DNA from: Phoronis australis
Taxonomy: Eukaryota > Animalia > Phoronida
Direction of reading: 5' to 3'
Assembly: GCA_002633005.1 (NCBI GenBank)
Contig: NMRA01000467.1
Location: 138,723 to 202,722, forward strand
Length of the DNA stretch: 64,000 nt
Shown: one piece after another, positions 37,137 to 52,100 of the stretch
How positions within the stretch are numbered: the first letter of the stretch is position 1
How the letters are laid out: every line of letters starts with the position of its first letter
The notes under the pieces: generated by a model
Told to the model about the DNA's origin: nothing
Database searches by the model: none
What the model saw: only the letters and a program-made list of their open reading frames with translations
Made by a program: the position numbers and the translations under genes

Positions 37137-40100
37137 CTGGAAGGAAAGAATTGTTATCAAATGAACTGTGTCATATGCTGCCATTTTGGTTGATGTGAAT
37201 TCTAAGGATAAATGATCAGTCTAATTGCATCACCATTCATAACGTAACTCATCATAAACTTCTTTTTGTTATTCATCAAGGTTCAGTGCTACAACTGTAT
37301 AAGTTATCACAATTGAATGATAAATCACATCAACAATTGATATGAATTTTTAATCATTTACACCACATCATACCATTCATAGGAATTCTTAGAAATGAAT
37401 CATAAATTACGAATTTACCAAAAAAAATCATCATAAATTACGATCAACCAAAATTCCCTGTACTAATGGCAAACTAAATAAATAATAAACAACAAAATTT
37501 TAATCTACTACCAGCATGATTTTTTACTTTAAAGATGTCATAAAACAAGTGGAAAAGTTTCCATAATTTACAACAAAATAATCAGCCATTGAAAAATGGA
37601 ACTATTGTTAATTATTTTTATGCGTGACATGTTATTTTTATGTAGATTATGCGGAGAATTCAACCATAGTTGCTTGCTGACGAATGTTTACAAAAGTGGA
37701 GTTACCTGTAGCACCAGCATGTACTAAAAAGCTCCAAGCTAAATTGTGCACAACAGTAATTTGATGGAGTAGCTGAGTTATAGCTCATAAGATTGTTTTG
37801 TATAATCCAGGTAACTTTTACATACAATTTATCTATTGTCTCAGGAAACAACACTACTCACATCATGGCCAACAGGCGGCGTCCAGGTAAAGGTTATAGC
37901 TCTCTTGGTACCTGCTTCTAACATTCCCTGTAAATAGATATGACCACACAACCGTCTCATACAGTATTCATCTGTAGCTCAATGTATATTAACTATATAT
38001 TGTATATTAACTACATATTGTACACTAACTATATATTGTATATTAACTACATATTGTATATTAACTACATATTGTATATTAACTACATATTGTACACTAA
38101 CTTTATATTGTATATTAACTATACATTGTATATTGACTATACATTGTATATTAACTACATATTGTACATTAACTATATAATGTACATTAACTATATATTG
38201 TATATTAACTACCTATAGTATATTAACTATATATTGTATATTAACTACATATTGTATATTATATTTAACATTAACTAATACATTGGACATTGCCCTCATT
38301 GCACATCCTTGATTAATCAAAACTGCATTTTAGATGTCCTGACTCAACAGCAATCCCCATATTTTTGAAATTCTAAATTAAATATTCAGTACTTGTGTTG
38401 GCAAGTATCAGTATTGTTTATAAATATTTAACATTTTAAATCTTTCACAAATAAAAATACAGTTTGCTGATTTGATATTTTTAAATCCATGCTCCAGATG
38501 AGATTTGGACTTAAAATAGCAACTATCAAAGTTGTCACCTTTGACAGAAAAATCTTTTTACATATTAATTAAAATAGTAAACAAAAACCTATCCCCAACA
38601 TGAAAAATGCAGTTACATCAATGTCTTTTTAAGTTCTTTACTTTGCTCTGGAAACAAATAACTAAAGGCAGCCTGGTACACATACCAGACGCACGCAGGG
38701 CACGAATGTGGACCCATTGCATTTATCACCTGGAATCTCTTTTATGCTTCAATAGCTAAAACAGAGCTGAGGAGAGACCTGCCCCAGTGATAAGCGATCC
38801 CACAACCTTGAGTAAAGGAAGCGCACACTTATTCCACTAAGCCACACTGCCTCCTTGCTTTGCTCTGAACACCTGGTACCCTTTCTTAAAGGTTAAGTAA
38901 GTCAAAAAATGGTCTCAATTTCAAACTTGAGTAATCTCAAACATTATTAAATCTACAGTTACAAAGTGGTTTTCAAATAAACTGGACTACATCCAAATTC
39001 CTTAAAGTTTCGAAGAACAAAATTATAAACTAAATATCCATTTCTTTTCAACTACAACACATTGCAATTCCAACAAATTCTCAACAAAATCTTGGCAGGT
39101 AATGCTATACATACTTTGCTGAAATTGCAACAGCTTTGTTTTCAAGTTAATTCACTAATGCACAATTAGCACTAGGCGCAATAACTTCGCATTAAATTCT
39201 TACTTTCACTTTGACAAAAATGCGATAATTCCTGCAAGAAATTTGCTCAAGTTTGGCAGAGTCTGACAGAATTCTGTCAAAGTTTGCCAGGTTCATTTTG
39301 AAAATTACTGCACCACGAAAATGAGATACATACCTTTGGAGGGTCAAGCTGAAATCCCTTGGCATTAATCACGTTTGTATTTTCAAACAAAAATTCGCCA
39401 TTCTGTAATTTCAAAACAATAAATGTAAAATGTGAATAGAATGGTATACGTATTACAGTTGCAATTAGAGAAATAGTTGCATTCATTTATTAATAAGAAA
39501 AAATTTTAACTCAAGCAAGCATGAATAAAGTATCCAGCTACAAATTGTATACCATTAAATGAGTGACCAGTGATTTCACCACTAACACATCAACACATGA
39601 GCATTAGATTGATAGTATTAATGATAACATATTCATAAAACCATACCATTTCTAAAACTTATTTTGGTAAGATCAACTCAGTAATTAAAACAAACATCAA
39701 TATCAATAACATTAAGAGGTGATATGAACAAAATTAAAGACTTCAATCTTGGTCCAACAGGAAACATAATCCATTACGTAAATGTAAAACAAGCCATTTC
39801 AAATATTGATAATTTCACATCCAGCAGACAAAAATGATTGTCATGTCACAAATTGCTTCTCAAGTAAATGCTACGTGTTTTTTCACACACTACAATGACG
39901 GCATTCAAAAGGTGAAACACGGTTACTGTAGTTAGTGATAAATAAAACGTGCAAAAGCATCAAGCTACCTGATTTTTCCCAGGCTGTGAGCATTCATTAT
40001 GATAGGATCAAAATGTGCAAGGAACATGGAATAGAATAAGCAGACCAGTTGTTAGCAAGTCACACAATGCAGACAAAGACACACACAGACAGGAGATACC

Positions 40101-43100
40101 AGGGGCTGATGGGACCCAAAGTTAATACAAAAGCCAGGTTTAGAGAAAGGGAACATCTGGGTGAGTTGGGTCCCTAAGTTTATTCAAAACAACCAATAGG
40201 TTTAAAACTTTGGGGATCTAATGTGTGATAAACATGTGGCCAGTAAGCACTAAGTAATTATGAGGGTAATCAGATTACTATCATGTCTTGAGTATACTGC
40301 AGCCATAAATGGATTGCATTGAAATTGACTAAACTGTGGTGCTAAGGTTTAATGAATTTAAACAACTGTTGAATGTGGTGTTCTTTATGTTAAAACATTT
40401 AGTTTTCAAGAAATCAACTCTCAGTATCAACAACATTCAATTTTTAATGTCTGTTATAAGTTCCCAGTGAAAGTACAACCCAACTATTTTGTTATTAAAC
40501 AAATACTGGTCCTGAAGAACGCAATATTGCAAATGACCAGGAAAACATTATGTAAAAGTTAACGTGGATTAGGAGTTTTAATTAACATGTAACTAAAATA
40601 TTGAATTGTCACAGCACTTTTTAATTTGAAAATACCATTTATTAGTAGTTTGGGCGAGTATTCATGTGACCAATGTGTTCATGTGTGATAAAACACAAGA
40701 ACCACATACAAAATTTCTACAGTTTTGTCCAGGAGTATAAAATACTTTTGACCAAATCAATCTGAAGTGCTTGATTTTTGGACATAATTACTTTTATCCT
40801 ACTGTATGCATCATAAAAATTACAGGGTTGAATCACTGTTGGGATTACAAAAACATATAATTCTAAGCGATAACGAACATTCATAAAAAAATTATTATTT
40901 TGCTGGTGATACAAAAGTGTTCTTAAAAAACTCACAGTTGGCTGAAAATGAAAAGAAAGAAAGACAAGAAAGAGTTTAGTGGTTACTTTCAGCATTAAGT
41001 CAAAGTCACAATGAATTAATTTCAACTCAACAGAAAAGTTGGCAGTAATTAGATATCAGTTAAGTTTGTGTAGGACCTTATTGACTAGTTAGTGTATTTG
41101 TAGTGAGTAAAAGTAATATTTTGTGAAAGTAGAACACAATCATGTAAAATTTGATTTTTACTAATGTGACAAAAAATGGTACCAATAACACGTCCAAATA
41201 TTGTGCGATACTTTTGTTCAAAATAAAATCTCAAAAACGCTGTTACAGTTTTTAAAGTTTCATTTTATGTTTGTTTTAAGCAACGTTCGAGAGAAAACTT
41301 TTAAAAAAAATTCCAACAGAATTTTGAGAAGAGTGCATAAAGTATGGTATCTGAAAGTTTCATGAATCGAATGAGCCATTTTTGAGATAACAGATGTTCC
41401 AAACCTTGCCAAATCAAGCCATTTTTCAAGGGTCCTACATAACATAACATTTGTTCACACCATGACAAAACCCAATGCTATCCCCTTAAGTGCATGAAGC
41501 ATGGACTGGTGAATATTCTGTAAGCATCTATTCACATCCAGGCTTTTGGACTATTGCGTTTTGGCCATTAAAACATATTAAATAAGTGATATGAATCGGG
41601 TCTTGTCTGAGCCTTCTACTTTGATAACATAATACCAACCACCACTATCCAAGCCCATGGTTAGCAAATGGGAGATAGCATTGGTACTATAATACCAGTC
41701 AATGTACAACAACTTATTAACAAAAGGCAAGAGCATGCTTCCAATGAAAAGCATGCAAAATGCTATTTATCAGAACAATTTAAAATAAAATGTATTATAT
41801 GAACACTAACTTCAACCACAGAGAGACAGAAACAGTGCCGTTGCTTTAAAGCAAAGCAAGTCTATGGCTGAAGCAACAGAAATGCATCAAAGCTGTGTGT
41901 ATGTCAGTCACCCTCTAAAGAGGAGCCAAGGAAGAAACAAAAACCCACCTTCTTTTGACTGACAGCCATTGTCCTAACACAACCCACACTGATGTCTCTT
42001 GTGGCAGCTGAGTAGCCCTCGTCTGTTGGTACGCTAGTTAGAGTGAGTAAGAGAGGTGTTGGCGTCGGTTTGGCATCTTAAAACAAATGACAAAAATATC
42101 TGAAATTGTCAATTGCACACAACTGCACACAACTGCACACATTCATTCATAACTGGTACAAATGAAACAAGAAAAAAAGGATGATTTGAGTTATTTGACT
42201 GACTCACTTAGAAATGGCTTAACTATTATCAAGATTTTCATATTAATTCAATAATTTAATCAAAATATTATATTAAGGAGCATGGAAAGATTTGTATAAT
42301 CCACTTTGTTAGTAACAAATTGACAACTAATCTATTGTGGATCATTCATACATCAGTATTTAATTTGTATAATCTAGTTTCTTAGTAACAAATTGACAAC
42401 TAATCAATTGTGGATCATTCATACATCAGAATTTAATTTGTATAATCTAGTTTCTTAGTAACAAATTGACAACTAATCAATTGTGGATCATTCATACATC
42501 AGTATTTAATTTGTATAATCTAGTTTCTTAGTAACAAATTGACAACTAATCTATTGTGGATCATTCATACTTCAGTATTTAATTTGTATAATGTATAATG
42601 ACAACTTATCAATTGTGGATCATTCATACATCAGTATTTAATTTTTCAAAATTGTATAAAATTAGTCAACATAGTGGAACTTCCCCTCCCTCTATTAAGA
42701 ACACTTCCAAAAATATTAATTTTACTTATTCCTTATCAATGATTTCCAGCAACATTTCCAAAAAATTAAAAGCATTTGGCTGAGTGTAAACCCCCTTCTC
42801 TAGTAGAGGCTATTAAGTACAATACCTTTCAAAATGGTGGAATGAACGGGTGAGCCCATGGTAAGTATGATATAGCCAACAATCTATTTGAGGAAAACAT
42901 TATCCACAAGGTCAAGCAGCAATATACAATACAAAAATATATTGCTAGTAATGATAAAACAAACTAATTTGCATTCTTACTTGATTCAGATGACAGTCTT
43001 GGTGAACATTCAATAAAAATGTTAGGTCACAAAATATGACATACTTAACTGCAAGTGCATATGGTACTTTAAGGTTAAATGCCAGTGTTGTTTTTTATGG

Positions 43101-46100
43101 TGACATGTATAATAAACATTGTTTTCAAAAAGTTCTAAGCCTTTTTTGACTGTGACTGGCTGCCTCTTAGCAACATTCTGTATGATTTGTTTTCTCATGT
43201 TTCGCAATGCTAAAAAGTAATTAATTAATGTTGATTTCAGTTATTTGACAGTTATTTTTATGTTAATAGCATATGCTAACAGCTAACAGCCCCTCTGCCA
43301 TAAAGCTCATGAAAATGGTGGTAATTGAGAACAGTCCCTTGTTTAGGTGTATTAGTACACCAGGGAGAACATTCAGTCACATGTAGTCATACATTAAAAA
43401 ATTAATACAAACAGCACTTTGCCTCTTCAAGCCCTGACTTGTCTAACTCGTACACACAGAGAATGTGGAGTTTTCCCTGCCAATCAAATTCTTCTACTCA
43501 TCCTAGCCACAGTGGCACCACCTACCTTCCTCATCCTCAACTACTGGCAGTACAGCTAGCGACTCTACATCCGGTGACAGTTCATCTCCACCTTCAACGA
43601 ACATGATACGGGCCTTGGCTTGACCAATCACACGGAACGTGTGAGCCTCCTCCTGTAAACGAATAACAACAGACTGAAACTAGCTGAGGATTGCTGACAT
43701 TACATGTACTAAATGATAATCCGATTCACTCAAAATGCAATTAAGTTTGTTATTAAAATTTTGCTACTAGACAAAATTTACTCAAACAATCCAAAATCCT
43801 TTGCTTGGCATAAAAAGAATGAAAATTCTTGAATAAGTGTTTCACTGATTACCTTAGAAATAAATATTGCTAAATCATTGATCACAGAATCTTATAACGT
43901 ACACAACACAATGCCCAGATGTTTGCAGTGATGAGAGTACATTTTTTTCAAAAAAATAAGTTGTTTTCAAAGAGATTCCACAAGAGATTGCACGGAACTT
44001 GTAAATATTGCTTTTTATGCTATTAACTACAAAAATGAGTCTCGCAATTTTGTGGCCTTTTAGCCCGAGAACTACGCTGTCAAAAATGGACTAGAGACGC
44101 AACATTCCTAATTGAGAGCTGAGCTATCGGTCTAAAATGATAATCACAGTAAAACTTTTGTTATCAATAAAATAAAGATTCTGAAACAAAATTGAGTCAG
44201 TGGAAAATACAGCGATATCTGTGAAAAATCACATTTTTGAGGAAAAAAATGCAGTCTTGTCATAATAAAAATCTGGGCAATGCTTGCGTGCACATAACAG
44301 TATGAGCATCAAGGATTTTTAAAATGGGTCTACTACTAAAGCTACCACATAAACCAGAAAGTAAATTATTTTTGACAGTCCTTCATGCAAAAATGGAACT
44401 TTCAAAAAAGAAATCTCTGACATTATTTTTATGAAAAGTGCATAAAGCATAGTAACTGAAACATTTATCTGAATCTGATCAGCCACTTCTGAGATAGGAT
44501 GTTCCAAAGTTAGACAAATTTGGATATTTTCTAGGGTCCTACATAACCTTGACATACCTGGTTGAAAAGTTCAAGTCTGATAACATCTGAGTAGAAGTTA
44601 CTGGGATGATCAGGAGCGAATGTGATGGTGATCTCGCGACTGTCCCCAGCTGGTATCTTACCCTCAGCAGGTACACAGTCAAACACACTCTGACCGTTGT
44701 AGTTCTGAACACCTGATCAATGACATATTAAAAAGATAGAGATCTCTACATTGTCTTGACTGTGTTATATTTTAATAAAATAAACTTTTTTGCCAACCAT
44801 ATCCTGACTTCTTTTTGTGTCTGAAAATGGAGCTGCGTGGACTCATAGTGTTAGTTCATCACACGTTGAACACTGATATATTGTATTTGGGGTAAAAACA
44901 ACCTATACAATGATAACAATGCCAAAAAGTAAAATGAACAAATTTTAAACTAAATTTAATATACTTTAAATACTACTTAATCTATAATCTATTTGAATTA
45001 TAAGCATTATCGTTATGTAATTAAGAGTGCGCGTTAAACAAAAATCTCAATTTAAAGGTTTAATTTCCATGCCATTAAAGAAAAATTAGATTTTACAAAA
45101 CTAATCTTCAGTTGCTGAGAAATGATAGCTTTGAAGCAAGAATTAACGACCTTTTTCATTCAGTTTTAATTAGTTGCAATAAAAACAATGTCAACAATTT
45201 CAAATTGGCGTTCACTTACCAACAAGGGATTTTTCTGTTGAGATATCTCTTTTAATGAACTCAGGAATTCTCTGAGCCTTTGAATACCGTAACAGTGAGT
45301 TGCTGTCCAGCTTAATGTTGTAATCTATAGACAGTGTGGAAGTGTTCTGGATCTGAAGAGAATAAAATTTAATTAGATACATTTCAGGTTGGTGATCAAA
45401 ACAATTCAGGGGTTTGAAAAGTTTTTAGTCAGAAATTTGGAATAACGCTTCCACTTTATAATTACTGAATAAAAGTTTAGCCATGTAATTATTAGCATAT
45501 TACAACCCTAAAATAATTTATATAACCTATTTCAGCAAGTATCAAAGCCCTTTCATACTAACGTCGATGTGTTGATGTTTGGTAACATTGCGGTCAGTAT
45601 GAACGGTTAACTTCAGTCCATGATCGAAGTTAACAGCACCAGTTAACTTGCAGTAAACAGATGGATTTAACAGCAGAGTGTCGATGCTGCAGTGCAGTAT
45701 GAACAGTCAACTCAGGTTCCATCGAAGTTATGACCAGGGGCCACTGTTATAGTCAACAAAAGGGCAGTGCCATCACTAATAGTTGCTTATATTTTGCTCG
45801 AATAATCACCAATCGAATTATGAATCAGTTTTATGCCAATTAGCACACGTAAATGTTCTCAAATTGTCACATTAAAATATCTTAGCATGCATGTGATGCA
45901 TCAGCGCTGCCTTGAGATTCCTTCAATGACGACAGCGTCACCTACTGTTGACTTCCATGCTGTTAACTGCCAAAGCTGGTATGAACGGTTCAATTAACTT
46001 CGCAGTTTACATCAATACCATGCTCATACCAGAGCTAAGTTAGTATGAAAGGGCCTGAAGACCTTGTACTTAAATTGGTAAAATGAGATTCATTATTTTT

Positions 46101-49100
46101 CATAGACAGTTGTGTGGAACATAAGACCAAATTTTGTACATAATTTCTCATGAAACGTGTGTTCAAAAAATAAGTCAGAGAAGCTAGAATATACTAGTCA
46201 CAAGTTTGGCATCTCAACAAAAATTAAAATCATTAGTGAACAATAAAAAAATCATCTGAACAATATTCAGTATATTTTATATTAAGTGAAATTTTGACAT
46301 AAGACAATCTTCCTCACTTTTCACAACAGACGTTACTGTTTAAGAGCAGTAGAACTACCCCCAAGTTCCAGTCATTTTTTGCTCTAGATGCAATTTCCAC
46401 AACGCAGGTACCACAAAGCACATAAATGCAAAATAAAGTCAAAATCCTATTAAAGGTTCATGAGACACAACACGAATTACACGGCTGAATCTACAAGTTT
46501 GAGTACAGTAGGCTTTACTCATTCCTGTTATACCAAAGAAATGCCATTGGACAGAAACTGAGTTAGATAGCAGAGAATTGCTGAATACCTTGAATGTTTT
46601 TTCCACATATTCATTAGCTAGAACAGTCTGCATGTCCAATACATTGGATTCCAGGGACAGCTTGACTTTGGGGTCAACACCCCTCCCCACCAACGTCACT
46701 CGTAATGTCGACTTGGGACAGATGAACTCAAGGACCTCTTGGTACTGAAACAGTTGCATACGATATATTTGGTAATTTGTGTCAGATGACTCTGCCCATC
46801 TTTAATAAGAAAGACAACATTCACTAAAAATTCTTTAGTGTCCAATTCTAAACAGTAATCATATCAGAATGACAAAACAAATGAACTGATTACAGCATAA
46901 CTGTGTGATTTGAAGTTAACTTAGTTTATAATTGTTTCATCTTGGGACATTATAAGTCAGAGAAATGGAATTTAATTTTGTGATATTTTCTCATAAAACA
47001 ACAGGATATTTTACTTTTAATTCAGTGTGGCTTAGTGCGTTGAGATTCTGCCTCCTGTTAACAAGGTCATAGGTTCGAATCTCACTGGACCACATTGCTA
47101 GATGCTTCAGTAAGGTCTCTAGCTCATATGCTTGGTCTTAAATTGTGTATATTGCGTTATGTGTATATTGTGTTATGTGTTTGATTTCAGGTGTTTGGAG
47201 CAATGGGAATGGCTGAGTGGCATACTCATGATGTAATATGCATCAGGCCACCTGATAAATAAATACAACCCTGCTAGAATTTTTGTCCCAAATTAAAGAA
47301 TTTGTATTGTAGGCCCGTCCCAAAATGTCACAGGCCCTTCAATCTGAGACATCTTCCTGTCAAACTCACCACACGTCCTGAACCTGGGGTGAAAGATATG
47401 AGAACGGTGTGAGACTCGTCTGGACGGAGTTCTCTCATGGAGTTGAGCACAAGGAAAGGTCCACACGTGTCCAAAACTGAACATTTCACCTGGTTCGTTT
47501 TGTCAAGGCAACATCAAGCACAAAATTCACAAAGGCCGTTCTTAATGCATTTGTGACAGAAGAAGCGCACCATGATTACATTACTTCTTAGTTAATCAGA
47601 CTTGCATAGGACATGTAAGTCTTAACAAAGTGATTGACACTGCTTTGAGTTGTAGAATATGATAATGCACATATTATAAAAAATATGGTCATCATTTGAA
47701 ATAATACTTCCTGCATAATAATAAGTAACAACAAATTATAAACAAACATTCAATCTATTAACAATAAAGGATACATATATCTTCTCATCACAGATGTTCT
47801 GTATAGAGACTGATTTGATGACATTCTGACAAATGGACACATCACCGAAGTCAGTCAGCGTCCGTCCATTGTCTGATATAACACAGAGCTGTGGACGTAC
47901 CATTGGGCAGTGAACGTTCAAGTACAGTGTGTTGTGAATGCTGAAAGTTAAGATTATCAATCTAAATAGTGACAGTGTTGTTGAGTGATTACATCAAAAA
48001 CGTGTTGGAGTTTGCTGTCAGTGAACATTCTCAACTACTTAATAATATGAAAAACACTTGGATTCAATCATGAGACAGCCTCATGACTCAGAGGTATTGT
48101 GATGCTGTTGACTACAAATCAGTATTTTAAGCATAAATCAAAATTAATTTTGTATAATCAGAGAGGGGTGCTACATCAACTAAATGGCTAAGCTTGAATA
48201 GTGTTAAAATCATTTAAAGCAAAAAGTATGACATTTAAGGTTGGAAAGTACCGTAATCGTTCGGGTTAACGCCCTGGGCGGTTAAATTGGCGAATACGAA
48301 AAATCAGGGGAGGGCGGTTAACCGAGCAGTGGGCGATTAAATCGGAAATCCACTTAAAGTCGGGGATGTGCGGTTAACTGAGCATGGGCATTAACCCGAA
48401 CGATTACGGTAAGTTTCTTGCTAGGCTAATATGCATACAAATCAATCAAATGGGTATTCAAGAAAGAGTATTAATACAGACTAATCAACAAGTTACTGCC
48501 AAACTTTGTCAATTAGAATTTACATCACATGAAAACAGGTCAAGCAAAGAATGAAAAGAATTATAATAAATTTAAATTTTAACACAAAACTATGTATGCT
48601 CATCAGAGTGAAAATGAAATGTGGGGATAATTTCTCTGTAAATATCATACATAATCCACCAGGAACAAAATTACCCAAAGTTTTATGATCTGTGGTTTCA
48701 ATGCACTGACAGGACTTACTACTATGTTGAACTCATCACAAAAAGAAATACTAATTGTGGGTAGAACCTATATTCTAAACTTGATTTTTATGCCAGTAAT
48801 GAGTCTGACCATATCTTTAAATGCTAAGTCAGTGGTTGCTGTGTTGTTCACTGACAACACTCACAGACAGGCTACATATCAATTATAACATTAATGATGT
48901 GAATGTACACAACATCTGAATTCAAATTTCAATATATGACACCACTTAAAACTGGCTTCATTCAAATTGACAAGTGAAATCAAAATGAGCGCAACTGGGT
49001 TGTCATGACTATGTACCTGTATTCCAGTTCTCCAGGATTGGCACATTTGCCGGAGGCCACATAGCAAGGTATGGTGTAGGTAGCAAAGTCCCCCTTGAAC

Positions 49101-52100
49101 TGCTTGAGGAGGGATGTAGTGGCCTGATAGAACTCATCTGATCTAAAGTGAAATAAATGGAACAACCAAAGCATAACTAAGAAATATATTCAGAGTTTCA
49201 CAGGTATTGTCAACAGAATTTGGCATGAAAACTAAAGTCGATGCTTTCTGAAAGAGTTGGAAAAGAATCTAGCCAAAAGACAATGAAAATGGCTACTACC
49301 AACTGACTGGAGACATGTTGTTCAGGAGTGCTAGAGAATTTGTTGGGGCAGATTTCAGTATTCTAAAGCTACATGGAACGTGAATGGACATTTAAAGCAG
49401 TGAGATTTTACAACGTTTTGAGTTATTTTGCGGTCAACACAATTTCAAGTTGCAACTAATACGCACTGGAATGTTCAAAGCCCTCTCACTTATGTTACCA
49501 AATAATCATGCATAAAAAGATGGCAACATTTTCATCTTTGTCAACTTGGCCCGCCTAAAATGGCCAGCAAGTCACCTTTATGTATTTCTACTACTTTCTG
49601 CAATGCAATGTCATTTAATTTTGAAACTTTTTATTTGTCTGCTAGGTTAAATCTGTTTCAAATTTAAACTCAGGGTGATAATGCAAATAAAACAAGAATT
49701 CAACGGATTTAGAAAAAATTGACAACCAGAAGCAAAATTTCACCTACTTTGTGTTGATGGTGTCCACACTTGGCGGGGTTATAGGGGCAGGACCCCTGAC
49801 GGCTAACTCCTGAATTGTGTTAGATTTTCCGGATTTACCCTTGGGAGATGGTTTACCCTTGGCTGGAGGAGCTTTTTTCTTCTGTTCAGTATAAATTATG
49901 GCATTGTTTTATCATCTCGTATTGAAAGCAACAAGTCATTAATAATTCGTAAATTGATTCAATCAAACAAAAGCAACATGGATTAATAATCTGAACAATC
50001 TTTGTTATAAAAACAACCGCTGCCAAAGAAACAAATTTTGATTAGGACATTTTACCGTGATTATACATAATGGGTTTCAAATTGCCTATTACTCAGATTA
50101 GAAGTGGTTTTGGGGTTTGAAAAGCTGATAGGAAGACCTGAGACTCAATTAAAGTTGGCGTGGCCCAGCTACTCATTTTATGTGCAGAGCCTTGTCTGAT
50201 CAAACAGTCACCTCTTTGCCCAGAAATCACTTCTAATCTTGGTGGAGAACAACAAATTGACTGTGGTTCAAAACCTTCTGTAAGTGGTCAAAATCAAATA
50301 TTTTTGACAAAATGTTCCTAGATAGCAGATTTAACATGGTCACTTGAAAAAATATACCGGTATTATAATAAATACAATATGAGTTCCCTTAAACATACAG
50401 TGTGACTATTCTTAATCTAATAATGTTCAAGTGAATTTTTTTAAATCTCAAATTTCAAAAACATCAACTCAGTTTGTTAATTGAATAATAAGTGCCAGAG
50501 TAAAGGCCCAGTAATTAATCCTGTGAAATTTGTTGGAACTCTGATTCTCAACAAATCTGTGTCTCAATGCGAAAATCTTTGTTAGCAAATATTTTGCTTT
50601 AAAAACAAAGGGACTACTTTGGTCAAATTCTTCATGGGAATGGCTTTTATCCATCACCTTCCATCCAAAAGGTACTAAAGTTCAAATCTCACTTAAATGA
50701 AAAGTAAAATTAATCTTGAAGGCATTGAGTATTCAATAATAAAAAGTGAACAATGGCATTTAGAATTCACACATCAGACTCACACTTGCAAAGTGCATCT
50801 CTGTGCAGCATTGGGTGCAGGGATTAATAATACACATTACAAGCACTATTTGTCAATCAGGCTGTGCAGTCAATCAGATTTTAAAATGCCACTATTTTTG
50901 ACTCCACCCATCATAATACTGGTAAATGGACTAGGATAAATTGAATCTGCTATTGCACAATACACATTCACATTTCATTCATTACAGATTTGACAGATAC
51001 AAAGTCAATGTTCTCACTAAATGATTGTACGGGAGACCCCATTAAATATATACAAACTTCACAGCATTTCAAAAACTAAATACAACACTGTGTTTTGGAT
51101 ACACCACAAAATCAAAGCCATCCAAATGTTTTGCTCTGAATTCAATGTCTGGAATCAATTGAATTTTTGATCCTTTTGTAACTAAATAAATAGTGAAAAT
51201 AATATTATGTTTTCATAATCGAAGAGCTGCGAACACTGTAGGAGCAAAACACCTGTTTATCACATTTTACCATAATTGGATATTTTATGCAAACTTTTGT
51301 GAAATCATAGCACATGTGAAGTAAATCTCATACATGATTGAAAACTAAAATAAACTCAAATGTGAATACATTGGCATGATCAAAAACCATAGAAAATAAA
51401 TCCGAAACTAAAAGAGGCGTCATCCAGATCCTCTAAGCGATACACTTGTGTGTCCAAAAGTAGACTAAATATACATACTAAATAAAACAACAAAAATGGA
51501 TCACTGAATAATAGCATCCTTCGTCAACAGAAACAGAAACAAAGTAAAATCAAACACTATATGACAATTGACATCTGATATATGGCCCAATGTACATATA
51601 TCAGATGTCAATTGTCATATAGTGTTTGATTTTACTTTAACTCTGTTTCTGTTGACGAAGGATATTATATCCAAAAATTTCAGTGATCCATTTTTGTTGT
51701 TTTATTTACGTATATTTTTTCTCATGATCAAAACCAACACTTGGATTCCACAACACAATTTACAAGATGCTTTATCCTGACTGAGGGGTGACAATCTAAG
51801 CATCTGCAGGCAAACTTTCCTTTCTGGTGAATCTGTTTGACATGTAATTGATATCAACTGAGCCCAGATTAACATTGTATGATCTAAAGTAAAATTTCAT
51901 CAATTTTAGACATTCAAAATAATTGCCAAACTTGCACTTTTTTGATTTTAAAGGGCTTTTGCCATTGCTATGATTGCTCACATTTTTTCTACATATTGCC
52001 TGTTGAGTACAGAACTTGAATAAAGCAAAGCACTATAGTATGATGTGTCAGTCATGAAAAATGAGAAAAATAAATTTCACCTGTCCTCCATATTTTTTCT

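Noticed and set aside
37940-38218. ORF with INYILY repeats
   Set aside because: Translation of an 18-bp minisatellite
47021-47095. Possible tRNA gene
   Set aside because: A/B boxes present but stems imperfect; continues into a SINE-like body and tail
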